A stretch of 64,000 bases of DNA from Sphingobacteriales bacterium (GCA_021297855.1 JAJTHM010000012.1:57591-121590), one strand, 5' to 3'. Shown: positions 1 through 9,230, counted from the stretch's first letter. The notes: generated from the letters alone by a model not told the origin. A program made the numbers and translations.

Positions 1-158
1 ATAATAAATACCCAAGTAGCTACGAACTCCCATTTCATCATAATCTTTATTTTAGTGATTGGATTATTGTTTCCAATTTTTTCTATAAAGGAGGTTTCAA
101 AATTTTCATTCTCTTTTACATCCTGATTCCATATATCTTTCAATTCATCAAATTTCAT
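1..158 (-). CDS. hypothetical small protein, N-terminal part only (runs off window); possible membrane-anchored partner or anti-sigma of the adjacent ECF sigma factor
   Basis: My own minus-strand translation from the ATG at 158-156 gives MKFDELKDIWNQDVKENENFETSFIEKIGNNNPITKIKIMMKWEFVATWVFII... The start overlaps the sigma-factor stop (148-150) by 11 nt. A hydrophobic stretch lies at the window edge. No family recognised. Confidence 0.35.
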   Translation of the reverse strand, partial: MKFDELKDIWNQDVKENENFETSFIEKIGNNNPITKIKIMMKWEFVATWVFI

Positions 159-654
159 AATTCTTATTTTTAAAAATGATTGACTTAATTTTTTCTTTTG
201 TTCGGTGGAGTTTGACACGGGCATTGACTTCTGATATCCCTAGTGTCTGTGCTATTTCTTTCTGTGATTTATCTTCGAGATACATAAATATTATCGCCTT
301 TTCTATTTTATCTAAATGTTGAAAGGACTGGTAGAGCAGCTTTAATTTTTCGTCCGAATCATCTATTTCATCGATAAATTGTTCTTGCCATTTGTGGTAT
401 TCTGCACTTTTCTCTGTCTCCTTTTTTCGTTTTTTAAAATATAATATCGCCGTATTCAATGCTACTCGATAAAGCCAAGTGGAAAACTGACTTTGATTGC
501 GAAAATTATCTACCGAATTCCAAATCTGATATAAGATCTCTTGACGCAAATCTTCTTGGTCATTTATATCATCGCAATAAACTTTAGATACCTTAAATAT
601 GATACCCTTATGAGGTTCGATGGCTTCTAAAAATTCTTTTTGCTTGGATGTCAA
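148..654 (-). CDS. RNA polymerase sigma-70 family ECF sigma factor
   Basis: Region 2 motif DLRQEILYQIWNSVDNFRNQSQFSTWLYRVALNTAILYFKKRKK and region 4 HTH KSQKEIAQTLGISEVNARVKLHRTKEKI. The ORF track extends to an ATG at 774, which overlaps the upstream MFS gene by 35 nt and adds 40 atypical residues. The TTG at 654-652 (verified in sequence) gives a typical ~168 aa ECF protein. The start is uncertain between 654 and 774. Confidence 0.85.
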   Translation of the reverse strand: MTSKQKEFLEAIEPHKGIIFKVSKVYCDDINDQEDLRQEILYQIWNSVDNFRNQSQFSTWLYRVALNTAILYFKKRKKETEKSAEYHKWQEQFIDEIDDSDEKLKLLYQSFQHLDKIEKAIIFMYLEDKSQKEIAQTLGISEVNARVKLHRTKEKIKSIIFKNKNYEI

Positions 655-739
655 GAGATAATTTTTAGTAGTTAGTATAAAATTGGAAAGAAATGTTACA
701 TTCTGTAAGAACGCGCCTACGAGGCGCGTTCCTACAAGA

Positions 740-1984
740 TCAATGTATAAAATCCAATTCCTTATCAAATCCATCTTCGATCATGGAGGTGCCAAACACT
801 GCCAAAAGAAAACAAATAAAACAGATAAAAAAGGCTACCTGAACCATTTTGGCTTCAGGCTGCGCTGTGAAATAATGGAATGTTAAGGTAATAGGTACGA
901 CAGTCCCCCGCACAAAATTTGGTACCGTAGAACTCGCCGTAGCGCGAAGATTAGTCCCAAATTGTTCCGCACTATTAATAACAAAAAGAGCCCAATAGCC
1001 TGTGCCAAAACCTAAAATATAGGACATGATATAGTAAAAGCTCGGCTGCTGGTCGGTCGTAAACATAAATACGCAACTGGCGAAAAAAGCTATGGTCATG
1101 TAGATATAAATCACTGTTTTCCGATTCCTTAATATTTGACTCAATACTCCGCTAATGATATCACCAGAAGAAAGTCCAATATAAGTCCACATGATGCAAG
1201 TCGGAACCATAATTTCTACACCACTATTTTTTAGAGCAAATCGATCTCCTAATTGGATTAAAACACCAATGATAAACCAAATGGGAATTCCAACGGCTAT
1301 GCAGCTTAAATAAAGCGGAAGTAGTTTGCCAGAAGAAAGTATTTGCCAAAAACTGCCTTTTTTTACTTGCGTTTTTTCAAGTTTCAAATACATACTACTT
1401 TCGAGATTGCTGGTGCGAAGCACGAGTAACAATAGCCCCATAACACCACCCACTAAATAAGCAATTTGCCAGTTTTGTAAACTAGTGTGGAAGATTGCAT
1501 TAAGCGCTCCCCCTGTATTCCCAACGATAGTGGCGAATACGCCTCCCAAAGCGCCAAAAGTGACTATTAGCATAGTGCCTAGGCCGCGTTTACCTTTCTC
1601 CATAGTTTCTGATACTAAGGTAACGCCAGCGCCGAGTTCACCGGCAAGTCCTATCCCAGCTAGCAATCGAAGAATCTTATACATTTCAATATTTGTCACA
1701 AAAGCATTGGCAATATTGGCTAGAGAATACATTAAAATAGATCCGAAAAGAACGATGACTCTACCGCGCTTATCACCGAGTATGCCCCAAATGATACCAC
1801 CGATGGCCATCCCGATCATTTGATAGTTAAATAAGGAAACTTCGTAAACTTTATACGTTATTTCATTATAACCTAGAGCGAAAAGACTCTCTTTTTTAAT
1901 TATTCCAAAAAGAATTAAATCGTAGATATCTACAAAGTATCCTAGTGCGGAAATGATAACGATAATCCAAGCCTTCTTTGTCAT
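740..1984 (-). CDS. MFS transporter
   Basis: 414 aa, about 12 hydrophobic segments, MFS loop signature GILGDKRGRV between TM2 and TM3. Confidence 0.85.
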   Translation of the reverse strand: MTKKAWIIVIISALGYFVDIYDLILFGIIKKESLFALGYNEITYKVYEVSLFNYQMIGMAIGGIIWGILGDKRGRVIVLFGSILMYSLANIANAFVTNIEMYKILRLLAGIGLAGELGAGVTLVSETMEKGKRGLGTMLIVTFGALGGVFATIVGNTGGALNAIFHTSLQNWQIAYLVGGVMGLLLLVLRTSNLESSMYLKLEKTQVKKGSFWQILSSGKLLPLYLSCIAVGIPIWFIIGVLIQLGDRFALKNSGVEIMVPTCIMWTYIGLSSGDIISGVLSQILRNRKTVIYIYMTIAFFASCVFMFTTDQQPSFYYIMSYILGFGTGYWALFVINSAEQFGTNLRATASSTVPNFVRGTVVPITLTFHYFTAQPEAKMVQVAFFICFICFLLAVFGTSMIEDGFDKELDFIH

Positions 1985-2097
1985 AAGACTGCAAAGTTAG
2001 CTAATAAAACTCATTTCACACTTCAAACTCAATAAAATAAGATTTATTAAGAATTTTAAAACCTATTAATAATCAATCATATAGGCATATTTTTTGC

Positions 2098-2904
2098 CTA
2101 TCTATCGTCACCTATTAGTTGGCCGAGACCTCCTAGAATACTACCTTCTTCCTTAGAACCGCCTTGCTGTGGTGCATAAGAGAAGATTCTAGCGGCTAGT
2201 CGAGATATAGGTAAGGTTTGCAGCCAGACAGTTCCTGTGCCGCTGAGGACAGCATAGAAAATGCCCTCGCCTCCGAATACCATATTGCGTATGCCTTTGA
2301 TGCGTTGAATGTCATAATTCACCCCTTGCGTAAATCCTACTATACAACCCGTATCTACTTTGAGGACTTGTCCCGGTTGTAATTGAAACTCTTCTACATG
2401 CCCGCCTGCATGCATAAACGCCATACCATCGCCTATCAATTTCTGCATGATAAATCCTTCACCACCGAATAGTCCTGTTCCTAGTTTTCGCTGAAACTCG
2501 ATTCCCACTTCCACTCCTTTAGCAGCGCAGAGAAAAGCATCTTTTTGGCAGATGATTTTACCACCAAATTGATTTAAATCTAATGGAATAATTTTACCCG
2601 GATAGGGAGAAGCAAAAGCGACTTGAGATTTTTTATTTCCCACATTGGTATAGGCCGTCATAAATAGACTTTCGCCTGTTAACAAGCGTTTACCGGCATT
2701 GAGCAGATTGCCGAGTACTCCAGAATTTTGTGCTTGACGAGATCCATCGCCGAAAATCGTTTGCATTTCTATCCCTTCGCGCATATACATAAATGAGCCT
2801 GATTCAGCTATAACGACTTCATTTGGGTCTAGTTCTACTTCTACATACTGAAGTTCGGAGCCTACTATTTTATAATCTATTTCGTGGTCTTGTATATTGT
2901 TCAT
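2098..2904 (-). CDS. AIM24/TIGR00266 (DUF124) family protein
   Basis: 268 aa. The N-terminus YKIVGSELQYVEVELDPNEVVIAESGSFMYM and the GGEGFIMQKL.G.G..F..GGH pattern are typical of this family. Confidence 0.7.
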   Translation of the reverse strand: MNNIQDHEIDYKIVGSELQYVEVELDPNEVVIAESGSFMYMREGIEMQTIFGDGSRQAQNSGVLGNLLNAGKRLLTGESLFMTAYTNVGNKKSQVAFASPYPGKIIPLDLNQFGGKIICQKDAFLCAAKGVEVGIEFQRKLGTGLFGGEGFIMQKLIGDGMAFMHAGGHVEEFQLQPGQVLKVDTGCIVGFTQGVNYDIQRIKGIRNMVFGGEGIFYAVLSGTGTVWLQTLPISRLAARIFSYAPQQGGSKEEGSILGGLGQLIGDDR

Positions 2905-2952
2905 TTTATTGTTATTTTAGAATTAGTTTGGAAAAGGGGTAATAGGTTACAG

Positions 2953-3570
2953 TTAATATTTTTTTAATATAAATCGATCAACTATTTCTCTTTCATATTC
3001 AAGTATATCAAAGAATTTTGATAAATCAGTAGTTATATTTTCTTGATAAGCAATATTAGTTTTCCCATTTATCGTTTTTTTTAAATCTGCCGAAAAAATA
3101 CTTTTTCCATAAATAGTGTCTTTTATATAGACATTTATCTGAAACAAATTAGCATTTTTATCGTAAAATTTAGAATACTTAGTAAATTTTTTTCTAGGAT
3201 TTAATCCGTTAATGTGCCCGTTTTCAAAAGTACAGGTTTGTATTTTTGAACTCAGGATCTTCCAAAAATTACTACTTAAAAAATCAAATGATTCGAATGA
3301 ATCAATCACCATTGGTATGTAATTGAAACACTCATTCATAATTTTCAAATAAGTATGACCCTCTTTTTTCCAATATACATGTATAAAGTTCTTCTCAATA
3401 CATTTTTTATTTTGACGGAACGTGTATTGACGTGCAGTCGAAGAAAAAGTTAATATAGTGTCTGATTCATATTTCAAAATACTATCTATCGCAAACCTAA
3501 CGTCACTTTGAGCAAATTGAGCAGCTAAATTCTTAACCAATAAAAAATTAAAAAGGACAAATAGCCTCAT
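2953..3570 (-). CDS. hypothetical secreted protein
   Basis: 205 aa ORF with an N-terminal signal-like segment MRLFVLFNFLLVKNLAAQ. No family recognised. Confidence 0.45.
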   Translation of the reverse strand: MRLFVLFNFLLVKNLAAQFAQSDVRFAIDSILKYESDTILTFSSTARQYTFRQNKKCIEKNFIHVYWKKEGHTYLKIMNECFNYIPMVIDSFESFDFLSSNFWKILSSKIQTCTFENGHINGLNPRKKFTKYSKFYDKNANLFQINVYIKDTIYGKSIFSADLKKTINGKTNIAYQENITTDLSKFFDILEYEREIVDRFILKKY

Positions 3571-3597
3571 TTTATTAATTTAATCGTATAACTTAGA

Positions 3598-4107
3598 TTA
3601 GATCTTCACATACTTCACCACCTCAAAATCATATTCATTTATCTCATTTTTTAAAAACGAATGAAGGACTTCGCGCGTCCATTCTTGAGGGTTGAGTGGA
3701 GGAAAATAAGTATCCCCTTCTATTTCGACTTTGACTTCCGTTGCATAAACTACATCTGCCATTGGGAGAGTTTGCTCATAAATAGTGCCTCCGCCTATGA
3801 TATAAATTTCGTCTTCCGTTTTCTTAAGGGCAGAAATAGCTTCTTCCAAAGATTTATACCAATATAGATTTTCATGCTCTTCAATAGGCTCTTGCCTACT
3901 GATGACTATATTTTTTCTATTGGGTAATGGACGAAATTTTTTAGGAAGCGATAGATAGGTGTTCTTTCCCATGACGACCGTTTTCCCTGAAGTTTGCTGC
4001 TTAAAAAAAGCCATATCATCCACTAAATGCCAGAGGAGATTGTTGTTCTTGCCTATAGCGAGATTGGAGGAGTAGGCGACGATGATATTAATTTGAAAAT
4101 TATCCAA
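3598..4107 (-). CDS. folA: dihydrofolate reductase
   Basis: Motifs IGKNNNLLWHL, VVMGKNTYLSLP, PNRKNIVISR and IIGGGTIY. The start is a TTG at 4107-4105 (checked in sequence). Confidence 0.9.
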   Translation of the reverse strand: MDNFQINIIVAYSSNLAIGKNNNLLWHLVDDMAFFKQQTSGKTVVMGKNTYLSLPKKFRPLPNRKNIVISRQEPIEEHENLYWYKSLEEAISALKKTEDEIYIIGGGTIYEQTLPMADVVYATEVKVEIEGDTYFPPLNPQEWTREVLHSFLKNEINEYDFEVVKYVKI

Positions 4108-4579
4108 TTTGAAAATTTGAAAATGAATTATGCTTTGTTTGTTTTGGCAGTTGAGATGATTTTAGTAAGCATTTTAATTAACTCTTTGTTGATTAAAATC
4201 AAATCTTTGCAGTCTGGATAGTTCTTTGCGCATTGACAAAGTTCCAACCAATACTCTGTTTCATCCGCTTCTTTAGCAGCTACCTTCATTTTATGAATAA
4301 AATCCGCTCGACTTTCAGCATTTTGAGCTTCTCTTATATTTGCACCGATAGAGGTCGATGATTTTAATAATTGCCTTGCGATGACATATTTTCTGAATTC
4401 CTCCAATTGTTCGCAATATTCAATGGAAAGTAAAGCAAATTGAAAAGATTTGGTTACAATAATATTTTCTTTATCATTTCTCATAAATAGTGGTTAAATC
4501 TTAAACTTAAATTAGTTGAAAAATATTCATTTGGTGCATTATAGAACATTTAATTTTCAAATTATCACATTTTCAAATT
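4090..4579. repeat. inverted 11-bp units bracketing the four-helix-bundle gene
   Basis: AATTTGAAAAT at 4090-4100 and 4106-4116, plus TTTGAAAAT at 4116-4124, on the left. The exact reverse complement ATTTTCAAATT lies at 4553-4563 and 4569-4579 on the right. Confidence 0.6.
4128..4484 (-). CDS. four-helix-bundle protein (23S rRNA intervening-sequence protein family, TIGR02436-like)
   Basis: 118 aa with the family pattern SFQFAL..., ARQLLKSSTSIGANIREAQNAESRADFIHKMKVAAKEADETEYWLEL. Confidence 0.85.
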   Translation of the reverse strand: MRNDKENIIVTKSFQFALLSIEYCEQLEEFRKYVIARQLLKSSTSIGANIREAQNAESRADFIHKMKVAAKEADETEYWLELCQCAKNYPDCKDLILINKELIKMLTKIISTAKTNKA

Positions 4580-4594
4580 GACTCATTAAAAATA

Positions 4595-5647
4595 TCACTT
4601 CACCTTTTTCTTAAAAACAACATACGTCGGAAAATGATCTGAATATCCACCTTGATATATGTCGCCATTGTATGTTCTGAGTGGGTAGCCTTTATATTGT
4701 CCATCCATTTGCACCATGTAGCTTCGGCTGAATATATAGCCACCGCCAAAAAGAAGTGCATTTTCAGAGGATAAAACAGAAGGAGAGACGAGGATTTGAT
4801 CAAATAGATTCCAAGCATCTGCATAGGCTAACGTACCAATACCTTTTTTAAAATAGTTGTAAAATGGATTGAAATATTTTCCATTGATAGCTTCTTCTTT
4901 TTTACCTGTAGATTGTAGGCAATTCACAACACTAGGACTCGTTGGATCATCGTTCAGGTCGCCCATAGTCACGATATTTGCATTTGGATTTAGAAGTAAG
5001 ATACTATCCGTTTTGGCTCGCATGAATTCTGCGGCACGGCATCTCTTTGGCATGGAGACTTCTTCGCCACCTCTTCGACTAGGCCAGTGAGCTACCATGA
5101 TGTGCATTTCTTCTCCCATAAATACACCTTGTACCCATAGTATGTCTCTTGTTTTGCCTTCACCCAAATCTTCCATATCCACATAGATTTTATCGGATTT
5201 AACCACCTTAAAATATTTCGGATTGTAAAGCAAACCTACATCGATACCTCTAGCATCTTTCGAGTCGTAATGTACAATTTTATAATTCCGAGATTTTAAT
5301 CCTTCTTGAGCACATAAATCTTTCAATACACTTCTATTTTCTATTTCCGCTACACCTAAAACGGCTATACCTTCCGGACTATGGTCTGTACCCATTTCGG
5401 ATAGAACTTGTTCCAATTTAGTGAGTTTATCTAAGTAGACTTGACCTGTATATCTTCTCGTACCCTCAGGAGTGAACTCTTCATCACTGACATTGTCTTG
5501 GTCTATAGTATCGTAGAGATTCTCAAGATTATAAAAACCAACTAATCCTATATTAAACTTATCCTGTGAAAAGTTAGCATTAAAAGAGAATAAAAAAATA
5601 AAAAGGAAGAATGCCTTATTTATAATAGGTTTGACTGAAACTGTCAT
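4595..5647 (-). CDS. endonuclease/exonuclease/phosphatase (EEP) family protein, secreted
   Basis: 350 aa with signal peptide KAFFLFIFLFSFNANFSQ. EEP-like motifs FYNLENL, GDLND and SDHFP at the C-terminus. The start overlaps purC by 32 nt. Confidence 0.75.
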   Translation of the reverse strand: MTVSVKPIINKAFFLFIFLFSFNANFSQDKFNIGLVGFYNLENLYDTIDQDNVSDEEFTPEGTRRYTGQVYLDKLTKLEQVLSEMGTDHSPEGIAVLGVAEIENRSVLKDLCAQEGLKSRNYKIVHYDSKDARGIDVGLLYNPKYFKVVKSDKIYVDMEDLGEGKTRDILWVQGVFMGEEMHIMVAHWPSRRGGEEVSMPKRCRAAEFMRAKTDSILLLNPNANIVTMGDLNDDPTSPSVVNCLQSTGKKEEAINGKYFNPFYNYFKKGIGTLAYADAWNLFDQILVSPSVLSSENALLFGGGYIFSRSYMVQMDGQYKGYPLRTYNGDIYQGGYSDHFPTYVVFKKKVK

Positions 5648-6548
5648 AGGCTAATTGGATTTTCTCTAGGTTGAATTCTTTTGACTCTTTGAAAAAAGGT
5701 GGCTCAACAAGTTTATTATAGAGCGAAATATATTTTTCACTTATTTCATTGGTCCAGTCTTCATGCATTATTGGCATAATATCCCCTTGACGCCCCATAA
5801 AATTATTTTCTATCAACCATTGACGCACAAATTCCTTAGATAATTGAATTGGGTTTCCACCTTCTTTAAATTTTTCTTGATAGCTGTCGGCAATAAAATA
5901 TCGCGAGCTGTCTGGGGTTAATATTTCATCAATCAGTATGATTTCACCATTTTTCTTTTTACCAAATTCAAACTTAGTGTCTACTAAGATTAAATTTTTA
6001 GAAGCAGCATATCTAGTTCCGAAATCAAATAAATCTAAAGCATATTTTTTAATCAAACTCCATTCATCTTTTGTGACAATTTCATGATTTAAAATTTCCT
6101 CCTCTGAGGTATTCTCATCATGACCTGCAGCTGCTTTGGTAGTAGGTGTAATAATTGGTGTCTCTAACTTTTGGTTATTTTTTAAACCATCGGGTAGTTG
6201 AACGCCACAAAAGTTTCTTTCACCGGCTTCATAGGCGCGCCACATGCTGCCAGCTATATATCCGCGAACTACGATTTCTATAGGAATTGTTGGTGCTAGA
6301 TGCCCATAAGCGACATGGCTATTGGGAGTATCTATTAACCAATTAGGAACTATATTTTTGGTTTCGCGTAGAAAAAAGGTTGAAATACCATTTAAAACGG
6401 CACCTTTATAGGGGATAGTCTTGGGTAAAACAACATCAAAAGCAGATATTCTATCAGAAACTACAATAAAAATAAAATCGCCTTTGCTATATACATCCCT
6501 TACTTTGCCTTTGTAATAGATGGTATCTGGTAATATATGAAGCATCAC
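5616..6548 (-). CDS. purC: phosphoribosylaminoimidazole-succinocarboxamide synthase (SAICAR synthetase)
   Basis: Motifs YKGKVRDVY, SDRISAFD, LILVDTKFEFG and DEILTPDSSRYF. Confidence 0.9.
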   Translation of the reverse strand: MMLHILPDTIYYKGKVRDVYSKGDFIFIVVSDRISAFDVVLPKTIPYKGAVLNGISTFFLRETKNIVPNWLIDTPNSHVAYGHLAPTIPIEIVVRGYIAGSMWRAYEAGERNFCGVQLPDGLKNNQKLETPIITPTTKAAAGHDENTSEEEILNHEIVTKDEWSLIKKYALDLFDFGTRYAASKNLILVDTKFEFGKKKNGEIILIDEILTPDSSRYFIADSYQEKFKEGGNPIQLSKEFVRQWLIENNFMGRQGDIMPIMHEDWTNEISEKYISLYNKLVEPPFFKESKEFNLEKIQLAYDSFSQTYYK

Positions 6549-7495
6549 TTTTCAGGATTATTTTCAAAAGCACTGATAATTTTAGCAACCAATCTATGTC
6601 GTATAACATCTAAAGTCGTCAATCTGACAATACTAATTCCTTCAATACCATCTAGTATTCTAAGCGTATGCGGCAATCCACTTTGTTGAGATTTTGGCAA
6701 ATCTATTTGAGTCACATCTCCTGTGACAATGCACTTTGCATTCGGACCGATTCTGGTTAAGAACATTTTCAACTGCATAGCAGTCGCATTCTGCGCTTCG
6801 TCCAAGATGATAAAGGCATTATCTAAAGTACGACCTCGCATAAAAGCCAGTGGCGCCACTTCGATAATTCGAGTTTCTTTTAATTGAATTAATTTATCAA
6901 AAGGAATCATATCTTCCAGCGCATCATAGAGTGGCCTTAAATACGGATCTACTTTTTCTCTAAGGTCACCAGGTAGAAAGCCAAGATTTTCTCCTGCCTC
7001 TACAGCAGGTCTAGTAAGTATGATTCGCTTAACTTGCTTTTCTTTCCATGCCTTCACCGCCAAGGCTACGGCAGTATAGGTCTTGCCTGTACCAGCAGGT
7101 CCGACAGCAAAAAGAATATCATTTTTGAGATTTTGCTCCACCATCACCTTTTGATTAGGAGTTCGAGCTCTCACGACATGACCATTATTCCCATATACTA
7201 TGACATCTCCTGTAGGTTTGGCTAGATAGGCCTCATTAGGCGCCTCGTTTAAAGCTATACGTTCAATATCTTTTAAGGTGATATCTTGATATTGCTTTAT
7301 ATGCTCTACGATGATTCGCATTTTCAATTCGAATTGAGCAATCTCTTCTTCTTTACCAGTAACCTTAATTTTATCTCCACGAAAAACCATTTTCAAGAGA
7401 GGGAAGGCTTTTTTTAATACATCGAGTTTATTATTATTGACCCCATACAAGACCAATGGGTCTATATCTTGTAAAAGTATAGTACTTTCTATCAT
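6545..7495 (-). CDS. phoH: PhoH family ATPase
   Basis: Walker A GPAGTGKTYTAVA, FIILDEAQN, GD..QIDLP. 4-nt overlap with purC. Confidence 0.9.
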   Translation of the reverse strand: MIESTILLQDIDPLVLYGVNNNKLDVLKKAFPLLKMVFRGDKIKVTGKEEEIAQFELKMRIIVEHIKQYQDITLKDIERIALNEAPNEAYLAKPTGDVIVYGNNGHVVRARTPNQKVMVEQNLKNDILFAVGPAGTGKTYTAVALAVKAWKEKQVKRIILTRPAVEAGENLGFLPGDLREKVDPYLRPLYDALEDMIPFDKLIQLKETRIIEVAPLAFMRGRTLDNAFIILDEAQNATAMQLKMFLTRIGPNAKCIVTGDVTQIDLPKSQQSGLPHTLRILDGIEGISIVRLTTLDVIRHRLVAKIISAFENNPEK

Positions 7496-7516
7496 AAATG
7501 AATTGAATATGGAAAA

Positions 7517-7723
7517 TTAACGTCTGAGTAGGCCAAGTCTGTGAGGTCTTCTAGCGGTGGTTCTGTAAGAATTTCGTTTTACCCTGGTCGATCCAACCTC
7601 TTTACCAGATATACTGGCGCTTTTGCGTCTAGCCTCATCATTGCATACAGTAGAGTAACTCGATGCTTTTTTACAAGAAAATTGAACGCACAGTAGCGTT
7701 ATTATTATATATATGTACTTCAC
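7517..7723 (-). CDS. hypothetical small lipoprotein
   Basis: 68 aa with a lipobox-like IITLLCVQFSCKK and an Arg-rich tail. It lies 21 nt upstream of phoH on the same strand. No homology recognised. Confidence 0.3.
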   Translation of the reverse strand: MKYIYIIITLLCVQFSCKKASSYSTVCNDEARRKSASISGKEVGSTRVKRNSYRTTARRPHRLGLLRR

Positions 7724-7972
7724 TGCCTATTTTTATAGTTTAAATGCTAATTATACAACGACAAATTTATTAAAAATTGGGTCCTTTTCCTATTATTTTT
7801 TTGTAAATCCCGATTTTAAAAGGATTGTAGGCGTTTTTAATAAAAAAATAATCCACATTTTTAAAAGTAAAGAATTTTTATAAATAGCAGAAAAATAGAT
7901 ATTTAGATTAGATTGTGAGCCTTCAATATGGGCTTTTCCACAATAAAGAAAAAAGAAAATCTCGCAGAAGTA

Positions 7973-8001
7973 TTGCAAACAGTGGATTTGCTATAAATTT
8001 G
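7973..8001 (+). promoter_or_regulatory. candidate Bacteroidota sigma-A promoter for the HU gene
   Basis: TTG at 7973-7975 and TAAATTTG (TAnnTTTG -7 box) at 7994-8001 with 18-nt spacing, 39 nt upstream of the ATG at 8041. Confidence 0.4.
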
Positions 8002-8040
8002 CCCTTGTAATTAATTATTAACAACTAAAATCTTTAAAAG

Positions 8041-8328
8041 ATGAACAAAGGAGATTTAATCGACAAAATTGCTGGCGACGCAGGTATAACTAAAGCTGCA
8101 GCTGGTGATGCATTGAATTCTTTCATGAATGCAGTAAAGTCAACTCTACAGAAAGGTAACAAAGTTACTCTAGTAGGATTCGGAACTTTCTCTGTATCTA
8201 AAAGAAGCGCTAGAACAGGAAGAAATCCTCAAACTGGCAAAGAAATCAAAATAGCTGCTAAAACTGTAGCTAAATTTAAGGCTGGTGCAGATCTTTCTGC
8301 TTCTGCTGCAAAAGCAAAAGTAAAGTAA
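8041..8328 (+). CDS. hup: HU family DNA-binding protein
   Basis: [11 protein letters not shown]..., [28 protein letters not shown] arm motif. 95 aa with a short Ala/Lys tail. Confidence 0.92.
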   Translation: MNKGDLIDKIAGDAGITKAAAGDALNSFMNAVKSTLQKGNKVTLVGFGTFSVSKRSARTGRNPQTGKEIKIAAKTVAKFKAGADLSASAAKAKVK

Positions 8329-8363
8329 TTTATAGTTATAATTTTATTACTTGCTTACTTACA

Positions 8364-8392
8364 CTCCGCAATTTATTGCGGAGTTTTTTTTT
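8364..8392 (+). terminator. rho-independent terminator after the HU gene
   Basis: 8-bp stem CTCCGCAA (8364-8371) / TTGCGGAG (8376-8383), 4-nt loop, then a 9-nt T run. Confidence 0.8.
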
Positions 8393-8488
8393 AAATAATA
8401 CAGAACGATGCTATGAACGATATAGCCGAATAAATATTTTCGATTATATTTGCTCGTAAGTCATTTTAAAATTAAATATAATTATCAC

Positions 8489-8707
8489 ATGGGAAAAGGC
8501 GATATCAAATCAAAAAAAGGGAAAATAGCAAGTGGGTCATTTGGTAAGAAAAGAAAGCAAAGAAATCCAAAAAAAACAGTTATTGTAGCCAAACCTACTA
8601 AGACCAAAAAAGTAGTGGAAGCTTCAAGCGAACTTGAGGTTAAGAAAACCAAAAAGACCACAAAAAGAACTGCAAAAAAAACCGATGAAAGTTCTAGTGA
8701 AGAATAG
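8489..8707 (+). CDS. 30S ribosomal protein THX with a Lys-rich C-terminal extension
   Basis: From the internal ATG: MGKGDIKSKKGKIASGSFGKKRKQRNPKK matches the THX core (GKGD..T.RGK...G.YG..RP). It continues as a Lys/Thr-rich tail to 72 aa. A TATATTTG box lies at 8445-8452. Confidence 0.7.
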   Translation: MGKGDIKSKKGKIASGSFGKKRKQRNPKKTVIVAKPTKTKKVVEASSELEVKKTKKTTKRTAKKTDESSSEE

Positions 8708-9230
8708 TTCTATTTTATTCGTTTGTGCAATCATCTTTTTATCTTGTAAATTTACAAAGAAGGATGTTGTTGAAACTGCCCCAAAAAATGAATCAGTTGC
8801 AGTTTCTAAATCCGAAAATCGGCAATTCATAGAAATAGAAGGACTAGGACCAAAGGGAGACACAGTTAAGTTCTCCAATATTAAAGCCAAATATATTCTC
8901 GTGGAATTTTGGGCATCATGGTGTCCGCCTTGCAGACAATTTAACCCTTGGCTCGTTAGTTTGTATTCAAAATATCAATCCAAAGGATTTGAAGTGCTCT
9001 CCATTTCTTTGGATACGGACGCTGATAAATGGCGAAATGCTATTGCTAAGGATGGTTTGATATGGCCAAATCATTTGTCTGATTTAGGTGGCTGGGATTC
9101 ATACTGGGCAGTAAAATATGGGGTAGAGTCCATTCCAGATAATTTTCTTGTGGACCCAAATGGGAAAGTTATTGCGAGTAGTATGTCTCATGAACAACTT
9201 GAAACGACCTTAGCTAATTTATTCAAATAG
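8685..9230 (+). CDS. TlpA-family thiol:disulfide oxidoreductase (thioredoxin fold) lipoprotein
   Basis: WASWCPPC CxxC motif. The start is chosen at MKVLVKNSSILFVCAIIFLSCK (lipoprotein signal). The ORF track begins at 8634, inside the THX gene. Confidence 0.85.
   Translation: MKVLVKNSSILFVCAIIFLSCKFTKKDVVETAPKNESVAVSKSENRQFIEIEGLGPKGDTVKFSNIKAKYILVEFWASWCPPCRQFNPWLVSLYSKYQSKGFEVLSISLDTDADKWRNAIAKDGLIWPNHLSDLGGWDSYWAVKYGVESIPDNFLVDPNGKVIASSMSHEQLETTLANLFK

Noticed and set aside
1485-1823. 112-aa plus-strand ORF inside the MFS transporter gene
   Set aside because: It is a Pro/Ala/Ser-rich antisense shadow of a well-supported membrane-protein gene, with no independent motif.
7724-8040. 317-nt non-coding gap (with 61-aa ORF 7793-7978) upstream of the HU gene as a possible sRNA or small gene
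   Set aside because: It is extremely AT-rich, and the ORF is hydrophobic and low-complexity with no support. I found no stable stem-loops or conserved motif beyond a plausible promoter. This cannot be settled without expression or conservation data.
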